A stretch of DNA of 37,525 nt from an uncultured Nannocystaceae bacterium (GTDB lineage: Bacteria; Myxococcota_A; Bradymonadia; UBA7976; UBA1532), in NCBI GenBank assembly GCA_964402225.1, contig CAYOBQ010000083.1, forward strand, positions 1 to 37,525, read 5' to 3'. Of this stretch, positions 8,158-15,179 are shown one piece after another. The stretch's first letter is position 1; each line of letters starts with the position of its first letter. The notes under the pieces were generated by a model. It worked only from the letters and a program-made list of their open reading frames with translations. It was not told the origin of the DNA and did not search any database. The position numbers and the translations under genes were made by a program.

Positions 8158-9519
8158 CTAGAACCCCCACCGCGCGCCGGCCATGACCCCGCCCTCGGCG
8201 GTCGGCGCGACGTAGACCGAGCCCTCGCTCTGGGCGTCGGGCTCGTCGGCGAACAGCAACAAGGCCACGCCCGTCGCCGCGACCGCCACCCCGGCGCCGA
8301 TCAGGATGTCGGTCATCAGGGCGTTTGAGCGCACGTCGTCAGCCAGGGACTTCTCCTCGTCGGTGCCCGCGCACTCGGGGTGTGGCTTGTCACGGCAGTC
8401 TTGGAGATCACCGTCGGCCCCGAGGGCGAGGACCGCCGTCACCGCAGATCCAGCGAGGGCGGCGCCGCCGACCCCCACCAGGATCCAGCCCACCGTCTCG
8501 GTGGAGATCTCGATCCCGCCGCTGTCGGCCTCGCCCACCTCCACCACGGTCTCCGTCGTCTGCCCGGCGGCGATGTTGACCATCTCCTCGTGGGGTTCGA
8601 TGCCCTCGCCGTCGAGCTGGAGCTTGTGCAATCCGGCGGTGAGCCGCAGGGGCCCAGGCAACGGCGTGATCCCGACCCGCTCTCCGTCCACGCGCACGTG
8701 CAGGCCCGGGGTGTTCACCTCCAGCGCGAGCATCCCCTTGGGCTGGGCGCGCACGAACTGGGCGTCGACGACGAAGGGCGCCGAGATCGTGTGCTTCGCC
8801 GTGAGCGTGAACTGCCGCGTGATCGGCTCGTAGCCGTCCAGCTCGAGGCGCAGCGTGTGCTTGCCCGCCGGCAGCCCCTGGGTCGCCGGGCTGGGGACCG
8901 CCGCCGGCCGCTTGTCGAAGAACATGCGCGCGCCGGCGGGGTTCGTCCTCACCAGCACGGTCGGTAGGATCGGGGGCATCGCGAGGGCGAGCTTGAAGCG
9001 CTTGCCCCCCTTCACGTCCACCGGACGCTTCACCGAGCGGTGACCCTCGAGCTCGAGCGTCAGCGTCTGCCGACCCGGAGGCAGCGGTAGCGAGAGCGGC
9101 GTTCGTCCCCGCGGCGGGTGCTTGCGATTACCGACCCAGACGGTCGCCCCCGGCGGCGTAGTGCTCAACTCGAGGGTCGCCCACTTCGCCAGCCGAGCAC
9201 GCAGCGCAGCGACCTTCTCCTTCACCTCGTCGGCGTCTCCAGGGGAGGTCGCGAGGTACTTGTCGAAGGTCACGAGCGCCGATGGAAGATCCTCCATCTT
9301 CTCCTGGACCTGGCCGATGTTGTAGAGCATCAGCGGATGTGGTCGCAGCGCGTTGGCCTGTTCGAAGGCCTGCAACGCCTCGGCGAACCGACCCGCCGCG
9401 TAGTGCTCGCGACCCTGCTTGAAGAACGCCTTCGCTTGCTTCTTGGCCGACTGGGCGAGCGCCGGAAGCGGCGCCGTCGCCAGCATGCACGCGCTCGCCA
9501 GCACGAGGATGCGTATCAT
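8158..9519 (-). CDS. secreted or membrane-anchored TPR plus tandem PEGA-domain protein (454 aa)
   Basis: ATG at 9519 gives MIRILVLASACMLATAPLPALAQS, a signal peptide. There is a TPR-like helical repeat (FKQGREHYAAGRFAEALQAFEQA...LYNIGQVQEKMED). Three or four PEGA-like beta modules follow (TPPGATVWVGNRKHPP...; VRTNPAGARMFFDKRP...; ...GLHVRVDGERVGITPLPG...). A C-terminal hydrophobic helix (GWILVGVGGAALAGSAVTAVLALG) is followed by a Cys-containing tail. The 9520..9591 extension of the track ORF lacks an ATG in a good context. Confidence 0.8.
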   Translation of the reverse strand: MIRILVLASACMLATAPLPALAQSAKKQAKAFFKQGREHYAAGRFAEALQAFEQANALRPHPLMLYNIGQVQEKMEDLPSALVTFDKYLATSPGDADEVKEKVAALRARLAKWATLELSTTPPGATVWVGNRKHPPRGRTPLSLPLPPGRQTLTLELEGHRSVKRPVDVKGGKRFKLALAMPPILPTVLVRTNPAGARMFFDKRPAAVPSPATQGLPAGKHTLRLELDGYEPITRQFTLTAKHTISAPFVVDAQFVRAQPKGMLALEVNTPGLHVRVDGERVGITPLPGPLRLTAGLHKLQLDGEGIEPHEEMVNIAAGQTTETVVEVGEADSGGIEISTETVGWILVGVGGAALAGSAVTAVLALGADGDLQDCRDKPHPECAGTDEEKSLADDVRSNALMTDILIGAGVAVAATGVALLLFADEPDAQSEGSVYVAPTAEGGVMAGARWGF

Positions 9520-9607
9520 TGCCGCTCCGCCCCCCTCGAGGACTATCAAAAGAGGGGTAGAGCCTAACCGCTGTTGTCGAATCTGCGCCAATTGACACGG
9601 GAGACGG

Positions 9608-11986
9608 TCAGTCGGCGAAGGGGTCCTTGATGTCCGACTTCTTGGGCTTCTTCTTCTTCTTCTTGCGGCGCGACTTGGCCTTGCGCTTGCGCTTGGGCTT
9701 CTTCTTGACCGCCGCAGGAGCGGGCACCACCGGCGCGACCCGTGGCTTCTTCGGTTCGGGCGTCAGCTTCGTCGCGGCGACCGGCTTGGGAGGCTCGACC
9801 GCCGCCCCCGCGTCCGCCGCGTTGCTCAAGGCCACCTTGAAGACCGGCGGCTCGGCGCCTTCCTGGATCGCGTTGGGATCGATCTCCTGGGTGGCCGGGT
9901 CGTGGCCGCCCAGCTTGAGAACATAGGACAGCGCGTAGACGCCCTCGATCTCGACGTCGAGGGGCGTCGTGCCCAGCTCCGTCTCGCCGAGGAAGACGGT
10001 GGCTCCCGGCGGCGTGCTCTCGATGCGCGCCTTGACGATCCGAGTCGCCGCGGTCGCCGCCTTCGCCGCGCGTCGCTTCTGGCGCTTCCGATCCCTGGCG
10101 GCCTTCTCGGCGGCGGCCTGCTCGGCCTGCGCCTCCTCCTGCTGCCACCAAAACGCGCCACCGCCGACAACGGCGAGCAACGCCAGCAGCACCAGCGCCG
10201 TCACCAGCGAGCGGTTGCCGCGGGACGCCGTGCTGACCGGCGGCAGCGTGCTGCGCCCGACCTTCCCGTTCCCCCCCCCGCGGGCCGCCTCGAGGGCGAC
10301 GGGCGAGAGCGCCGCGAAGTCAGCGGCGGTGGCGAGCGGGCTGGCGGCGCTCGCGCCCATCCGGTGGAGCCCGGAGGCCTGCCCATCGACGGCGTCTGCG
10401 AGGGCGTCGCCGATGACGCTCGACATCTGACCCGGCGGCACCGATCGGCGCGGGGCCGGCGCCTCGACGGGGGCATCGCCTCCGCCGACCCCACCGAAGG
10501 GATCGAAGCCAGCGTTGCCGCTCGAGCCAACCTCGAGGGGCGCCGCGGCGCCAAAGCCCGGAGCGGCCAACGGCTTGGAGGCGGGGGCGCCGACCTCGGC
10601 GGCGGCGCTGTCGAGGGCCGCCATCAGGTCGTCGCCGAGGCCACCGCCGCCGGAACGTGAAGGGCTCGGCGTGTTGGTGTCGACGCCGGCGAGGGCGTCG
10701 GCGAGGGCCGCGGACAGCCCGTCGGAGCCGATCGCGCCAGTGACGGCGAGGGGCTCCGGGATGTCCTGCATGTCGTTCTGGGTCGGAGGCCGAGACGCCG
10801 GCGCCGCCTCGTAGGGCGTCGGATCGCCGCCGAGGGGGGTCGCCCCCGTCTCGATCGTCGAGGAGGGCCCCAGCGCCGCCTCCAGATCCTCCACCGCGAA
10901 GTCGCGCAGCCGAGTGCGGTCCTCGTCGTCTTCCTCGCCGTCGAAGAGCGAGTTGAGCGCCCCCGGATTCGCGATCCGCGTCGACACGTCGAGCCCCGCC
11001 CCGAAGGTGTTCTTTTCGGGTCGCGGTCTGGGCGCCGGATCCTCCGGTGTGCTCTTGATCACCGCCGCGAGATCGACGGCGAGCCCTCGTAGGTCGGGGT
11101 AGCGAGCCTTGGGGTCCTTGTCGAGGCACCGGTGAATCGTGTGCACCAGCTTCTCGGGGATCTCGGTGAAGCCCGAGATCCGCTCGGTCACCGGGGTCGG
11201 TCGACCCGAGGCGATGGAGGCCAGGAGCTGATCGGGCGTCGCGCCGAAGAACGGCAGCGCGCCGGTGAGGAGCTGGTAGCCGATCACGCCCAGCGTGAAC
11301 TGGTCGGAGGCCAACCCCACGCGATGCCCGAGGGCCTGCTCGGGGCTGAAGAACTTGGGGGAGCCGACGATGAGCTTGCCCGACAGCGTGTCCCGCACGC
11401 CGAACAGGTCGGGGGAGCCGACGTCGACGATCTTGACGAAGTCGACCTGCTCGCGCGCCACCAGGAAGACGTTCTCCGGCTTCAGGTTCGCGTGGGGTCG
11501 CCCCGCGCGGTGGATCGGCGCCAGCGCGCTGCAGAGCTGGAACATGATGTCCGCCGAGCGACGAGGCCCCAGCGGGCCGGTCTCCTCCAGCAGCGCCTTC
11601 AGCGTGCGCCCCTCGATGAACTCGGTGACGATGTAGGAGGTGCCGTCGGGCTCACGCGCCGCGGCGAGGACCTGGGCGATCTTCGCGTGGCGGAGCTGCG
11701 CCACCATGCTCGCCGACCGCAGCAGCTCGTCGCCGTGGGTCGCGGCCACGTCCGGGTGGACCAGCTTGACCGCCACCGGCGTCCCCGTCCGCGAGTCGAT
11801 GCCGCGGTAGACCATGCCGATCTCGCCGGAGCCGACGATGGACTGGAGCGTGAAGCGCCCGCCGAGCTGTCGACCCACGAAGGGGTCACCGCCGAGGGCG
11901 GGATCGGCGGCCAGCGGCGCGCCACAGGTCTCGCACGCACCGCTGCTCGGGTGGTTGCTCGTTTGGCAGTGAGGGCAGTTGATCAT
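9608..11986 (-). CDS. Ser/Thr protein kinase-like transmembrane protein, predicted pseudokinase; N-terminal C4 zinc ribbon, long disordered linker, one TM helix, extracytoplasmic PEGA domain, poly-Lys/Arg C-terminal tail
   Basis: The ATG at 11986 is the second codon of the track ORF; the first is TTG. CPHC...CETC is a zinc ribbon. Kinase subdomains are present: Gly loop VGSGEIGMVYRG, VAVK, a conserved Glu, and SPE in place of APE. The catalytic loop reads PHANLKPEN instead of HRDLKPEN, and DFG is DVG. A ~330-aa G/A/D/P-rich linker follows, then a TM helix LVTALVLLALLAVVGGGAFWW. The PEGA-like module is ESTPPGATVFLGETELGTTPLDVEIEGVYALSYVLKLGGH, and the tail is KKKPKRKRKAKSRRKKKKKKPKKSDIKDPFAD. 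Confidence 0.85.
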   Translation of the reverse strand: MINCPHCQTSNHPSSGACETCGAPLAADPALGGDPFVGRQLGGRFTLQSIVGSGEIGMVYRGIDSRTGTPVAVKLVHPDVAATHGDELLRSASMVAQLRHAKIAQVLAAAREPDGTSYIVTEFIEGRTLKALLEETGPLGPRRSADIMFQLCSALAPIHRAGRPHANLKPENVFLVAREQVDFVKIVDVGSPDLFGVRDTLSGKLIVGSPKFFSPEQALGHRVGLASDQFTLGVIGYQLLTGALPFFGATPDQLLASIASGRPTPVTERISGFTEIPEKLVHTIHRCLDKDPKARYPDLRGLAVDLAAVIKSTPEDPAPRPRPEKNTFGAGLDVSTRIANPGALNSLFDGEEDDEDRTRLRDFAVEDLEAALGPSSTIETGATPLGGDPTPYEAAPASRPPTQNDMQDIPEPLAVTGAIGSDGLSAALADALAGVDTNTPSPSRSGGGGLGDDLMAALDSAAAEVGAPASKPLAAPGFGAAAPLEVGSSGNAGFDPFGGVGGGDAPVEAPAPRRSVPPGQMSSVIGDALADAVDGQASGLHRMGASAASPLATAADFAALSPVALEAARGGGNGKVGRSTLPPVSTASRGNRSLVTALVLLALLAVVGGGAFWWQQEEAQAEQAAAEKAARDRKRQKRRAAKAATAATRIVKARIESTPPGATVFLGETELGTTPLDVEIEGVYALSYVLKLGGHDPATQEIDPNAIQEGAEPPVFKVALSNAADAGAAVEPPKPVAATKLTPEPKKPRVAPVVPAPAAVKKKPKRKRKAKSRRKKKKKKPKKSDIKDPFAD
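9647..9664. repeat. (CTT)6 trinucleotide microsatellite encoding a Lys run on the minus strand
   Basis: cttcttcttcttcttctt is embedded in the purine/pyrimidine-skewed stretch 9630-9720 that encodes the KKKKKK core of the kinase-like protein's C-terminal tail. Confidence 0.6.
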
Positions 11987-12134
11987 CAACGCGTGTGCGC
12001 GTACGGCGCCTTCCCAAGGTCCACGGGGCTCACAGTCTTAACATATCGAGCGATCGAGGCCACAACCTGACGGTGACGTCATGGATGACTGACGCCCCGC
12101 GGGCCGTTTGGATCTACGGGATCAGGCCGCTTTC

Positions 12135-12165
12135 GAAAGAAAAACGCCCCGTCGGGGAGACGGGG
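12135..12165 (-). terminator. Rho-independent terminator downstream of tRNA-Leu
   Basis: The minus strand reads CCCCGTC-UCCCC-GACGGGG (7-bp GC stem, 5-nt loop) followed by CGUUUUUCUUUCG. On the + strand this is gaaagaaaaacg ccccgtc gggga gacgggg at 12135-12165. It starts 5 nt after the tRNA 3' end. Confidence 0.55.
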
Positions 12166-12170
12166 CGGCG

Positions 12171-12256
12171 GGTGCGAAGGGGGGGACTCGAACCCCCACG
12201 GCCTTGCGGCCACCAGGCCCTCAACCTGGCGCGTCTACCAATTTCGCCACCTTCGC
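12171..12256 (-). tRNA. tRNA-Leu (anticodon GAG)
   Basis: The reverse complement reads GCGAAGG-T-GGCGAAATTGGTAGACGC-GCCAGG[TTGAGGG]CCTGG-T-GGCCGCAAGGCC-GT-GGGGGTTCGAGTCCCCC-CCTTCGC-A-CC. It has a 7-bp acceptor stem and a D-arm almost identical to the E. coli tRNA-Leu D-arm (GTGGCGAAATCGGTAGACGC, recalled from memory). The 7-nt anticodon loop has anticodon GAG and G37. A long variable arm (class II, Leu-type) and T-loop TTCGAGT follow. The terminal A of CCA is not encoded. About 85 nt long. Confidence 0.8.
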
Positions 12257-12296
12257 AGAGGCGGTGCGGAGGTTTGCCAGATCCACCGCCGGGATG

Positions 12297-14489
12297 TCAA
12301 CCCTTGGAACCATCGAGCCCCAAGGCCCGCGCGTGGTTCGCCAGCCGGCGCAGCTTCTCCTTGGTGTCCTCGTCGGCCCCCGTCGCGAGGCGCCCGAGGA
12401 CGGCGGTGATGCTCAGATCCTTCAGGGACTCGGCGGAGGTGCCCGCGAGGACATCCCGCACGTCGTCGGTCAACGACTTCTCACCCGAGAGGTAGCCCTC
12501 GAAGGCCTTCTGCGCCGTCCCGGAGTTGTCGACGAAGCCATCGACGGACTGGCCCAGCGAGACCGCGTTCATGAACCGCTCGAAGAACGCCCCGTCGCCG
12601 CCGACGATGTTGATCCGCGCCTGATCGAAGGCGTGGCCCATGACCTGCGCCTGCTGCTCGGCGATCTCGATGTTCGCCTGGATCCGCTGGAGCTCGATGA
12701 TGCGCTCCTGCTCCAATCGCAGCCGGTACTCCTCGTGCTCGCGGCCGACGCCATCGAGGGCCTTCATCGCCTCGGCCTTGTCGGCGAGGCCCGCCGCCTC
12801 GGCGGTGAGCTTCTCCTTCACCACCGCCGCCTCGGCCGTCCCGCGCTTCGATATCGCGGTGGCCTCGGCCTCCTGCACCCGCGCCACGGCGAGCCCCTTC
12901 TCCTCGTCGCCCTTGGCTTCGGCCAGCTTGCCGACGCGCACCGCGTCCGCCTCTGCGGCGCCCTCCTTGCGTGTCGCCTCGGCCTTCGCCTCGCGGACCT
13001 TCGCCTCCGCCATGCCCTTGACCTCTTCGCCGTCGGCCTCGGCCTGCATCTGCTCGCGCGTGACCTTCGCCTTGGCGAGCCCCTGCTTCTCGATGGCCAC
13101 CGCCTCGGCCTCAGACACCCGCACCAGCGCCAGGCCACTCGCGGCCTCCTCGGCCTGCACGCCCTCCGCCATGCGCATCTTGGCCCGCGCTTCCTTGTCC
13201 GCCGCCTCGAACTCCGCCTCGGCGATCGTCAGCCGCCGGCGCGCCTCGTGCTTGGCCACCTCTTCCTGGGCCTCGGCGGCCTTGATCTCCTTGACCAGGC
13301 CTTCCTGCGCCTCGGCCTCGGCCCCCACCACGCGCACCTTCTTGCTCCGGTCCGCCTCGGCGTGGGCCCGCAGATCCTTGATGCGCTCCTCCTCCTCCGC
13401 CACGCCCTTCTCGACGGCGACCCGCGCCCGCACCACGTCGGCGATGTTCTTCTTCTCGACCTCCACGGCCTTCTCTTTGTCGATGCGGCGCAGCTCCACC
13501 TCACGCTCGCGCCCGATCTCCTCCAGGTCCGACGCCTTCTTGACCCGCACCTCCTCGACGCCGACCTCGCGCTCCCGCGCCTTCTCCGCCACCTCCACCG
13601 CTCGCAGCTTCGTCTGCTCGCCGATGCGCACCTCCTCCTCGGCCTTCTGCTTGGCGAGGGCCGTGCGCTTCTGCTCCTCCACCTCGACGCGACGCGCCTC
13701 GTTGGCCTCTCGGGCCTGGGCGATCGAGATCTCCTTGGCCTTCTTCGCCTCCGCCTCCGCCCGGGCCTGGTCGAAACGGTAGATCGCCTCGTCGGCCTTC
13801 AGGTCCTGGGCGCCCATCTCCATGCGCTCGATCTGCTTGAGCTCGTTGGTGTCGATGTTCTGCTTGGTCGTGAGGTCCGTGATCTTCTTGATGCCCTGGG
13901 CGTCGAGGATGTTCTGCGGATCCATCGACCCCAGCGGCGTCTGCTCCAGGAAGTCGATGGCGGCGTCCTCGAGGGCGTAGCCGCTCAGGTCCCGACCGAT
14001 GACCTCGATGATCTGGTCCTTGAAGTCGTCGCGCTGGGTGTAGAGCTGCTCGAAGTTCAGCCGCTTGCCCACCGTCTTGAGGGCCTCGGAGAACTTGGCG
14101 ATGAAGATCTCCTCCAGCGTCTCCTGGGCGCTCGCCCGCGCGCAGCCGATGTTCTGCGCCACCTTCAGCACATCCTCCACCGTCTTGTTCACCTTCACGA
14201 AGAAGGTGACCTTGATGTCGGCGCGGATATTGTCCTGGCAGATCAGCCCCTCCTGACCCCGCCGTTCGAGCTCGATCGTCTTCACCGAGATGTCCATCAC
14301 CTCGGCCCGGTTCACCACCGGCCACACCACCCCACCGGTGAACGAGACCTTGGGCAGGCCGGTCATCGGGTTGATGATCAGCGCCCGGCCCTGGTCGACC
14401 TTGCGGTAGAAGCGCGTGAACGCGATCAGGCCACCCACCAGGACGATCGCGATCGCCCCCAGCACCACCAGCGAAACGTTGCTGAACAT
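12297..14489 (-). CDS. flotillin-family (SPFH/Band 7) protein, YqiK/FloA-like, with very long Glu/Ala/Lys/Arg coiled-coil region (730 aa)
   Basis: MFSNVSLVVLGAIAIVLVGGLIAFTRFYRKV is an N-terminal membrane anchor. An SPFH core follows (INPMTGLPKVSFTGGVVWPVVNRAEVMDISVKTIELER...IRADIKVTFFVKVNKTVEDVLKVAQNIG...). A ~350-aa EA-rich heptad region comes next (AEAEAKKAKEISIAQAREANEARRVEVEEQKR...). The start abuts the stop of the NfeD-like gene (TAG/ATG at 14487-14492). Confidence 0.9.
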   Translation of the reverse strand: MFSNVSLVVLGAIAIVLVGGLIAFTRFYRKVDQGRALIINPMTGLPKVSFTGGVVWPVVNRAEVMDISVKTIELERRGQEGLICQDNIRADIKVTFFVKVNKTVEDVLKVAQNIGCARASAQETLEEIFIAKFSEALKTVGKRLNFEQLYTQRDDFKDQIIEVIGRDLSGYALEDAAIDFLEQTPLGSMDPQNILDAQGIKKITDLTTKQNIDTNELKQIERMEMGAQDLKADEAIYRFDQARAEAEAKKAKEISIAQAREANEARRVEVEEQKRTALAKQKAEEEVRIGEQTKLRAVEVAEKAREREVGVEEVRVKKASDLEEIGREREVELRRIDKEKAVEVEKKNIADVVRARVAVEKGVAEEEERIKDLRAHAEADRSKKVRVVGAEAEAQEGLVKEIKAAEAQEEVAKHEARRRLTIAEAEFEAADKEARAKMRMAEGVQAEEAASGLALVRVSEAEAVAIEKQGLAKAKVTREQMQAEADGEEVKGMAEAKVREAKAEATRKEGAAEADAVRVGKLAEAKGDEEKGLAVARVQEAEATAISKRGTAEAAVVKEKLTAEAAGLADKAEAMKALDGVGREHEEYRLRLEQERIIELQRIQANIEIAEQQAQVMGHAFDQARINIVGGDGAFFERFMNAVSLGQSVDGFVDNSGTAQKAFEGYLSGEKSLTDDVRDVLAGTSAESLKDLSITAVLGRLATGADEDTKEKLRRLANHARALGLDGSKG

Positions 14490-15116
14490 CTAGTCGTCCC
14501 CTCCGAGCGGCTCGACCGCGTAGGCCTCCCGCTTTGCGTCGTAGTCGATGATGAGCGCCTCGTGATCACGGCCCAGGCCCCTCGCCGCGTCGCAGCGCAC
14601 CTGGATGAGCAGGTGGTCGTGGTCCACGGTCGCCTCGGCTTGTCCGAAGCCCTCGTCGACCCACCCGGTCGTCACCCGACACGTCCGACCCACCAGCTCC
14701 GCCCGCGTCGTCCCGCTCTGCATGGCGAAGAGGGGCCGCAGCGGTCGCGTGAGGACCGCCGCACACGGGACGGCCAGCACAAACGCACCGACCGCGATCC
14801 CCGCCCCCGCCAGGAAGCCTCCGGCCCCCGAGTAGTGAACCCCCAGGACGCAAAACGCCCAAGCGAACAGGAACAGGATGCTGAAGGTGACGGTCACCGG
14901 GGCGTTTCGCAGCCGCAGGGCCGACAACAGGCCCAGCGCGCCGCCGAGCCCCTCCACCGCGCCGTCCCCGTCGATCTCCATGTCGACATCGAACTCGAGC
15001 AGATCGATGTCCAGCGCGCCGAGGATCACGAACAGCCAGTAGAGCAGCGCGAGCCCCGAGGCCACCGTGTAGATGACGCTCGGCCAGGCGATAGCGATTT
15101 GGAGCAGCTCGCTCAT
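14490..15116 (-). CDS. NfeD/YqiJ-like inner-membrane protein (short NfeD, flotillin partner), 208 aa
   Basis: Multiple TM helices (IAIAWPSVIYTVASGLALLYWLFVILG; VTFSILFLFAWAFCVLGV; GIAVGAFVLAVPCAAVL) plus a C-terminal OB-fold-like soluble domain. The position immediately upstream of flotillin matches the conserved yqiJ-yqiK/nfeD-flotillin gene pair. GGGGTG lies upstream of the ATG at 15116. Confidence 0.8.
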   Translation of the reverse strand: MSELLQIAIAWPSVIYTVASGLALLYWLFVILGALDIDLLEFDVDMEIDGDGAVEGLGGALGLLSALRLRNAPVTVTFSILFLFAWAFCVLGVHYSGAGGFLAGAGIAVGAFVLAVPCAAVLTRPLRPLFAMQSGTTRAELVGRTCRVTTGWVDEGFGQAEATVDHDHLLIQVRCDAARGLGRDHEALIIDYDAKREAYAVEPLGGDD

Positions 15117-15179
15117 TCACCCCGCTCAGGCGCCGCTTGGCTCATCGGGGGACGACTCTCGCGCCCCCCCCCAGGCCGG

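Noticed and set aside
6256-8328. 690-aa + strand ORF
   Set aside because: Antisense shadow of the FG-GAP lipoprotein and PEGA genes. R/G/D/V-rich with no structure. High GC suppresses stop codons in the reverse frames.
9521-9607. Inverted repeat CCCCTC...GAGGGG in the kinase/PEGA spacer as a terminator
   Set aside because: No U-run follows it on the minus strand. It is immediately followed by the PEGA gene RBS and start, so it is more likely an inter-cistronic leader structure than a terminator.
9902-11129. Overlapping ORFs 9902..10660 (+) and 10320..11129 (-) inside the kinase-like gene
   Set aside because: These are frames of the GC-extreme region that encodes the disordered G/A/D/P linker. 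The kinase frame is continuous and motif-bearing, and these are not.
12171-12256. Genomic island integrated at the tRNA-Leu 3' end
   Set aside because: No integrase, no duplicated tRNA 3' segment and no compositional break were visible on the downstream side. The adjacent genes look like native high-GC chromosome.
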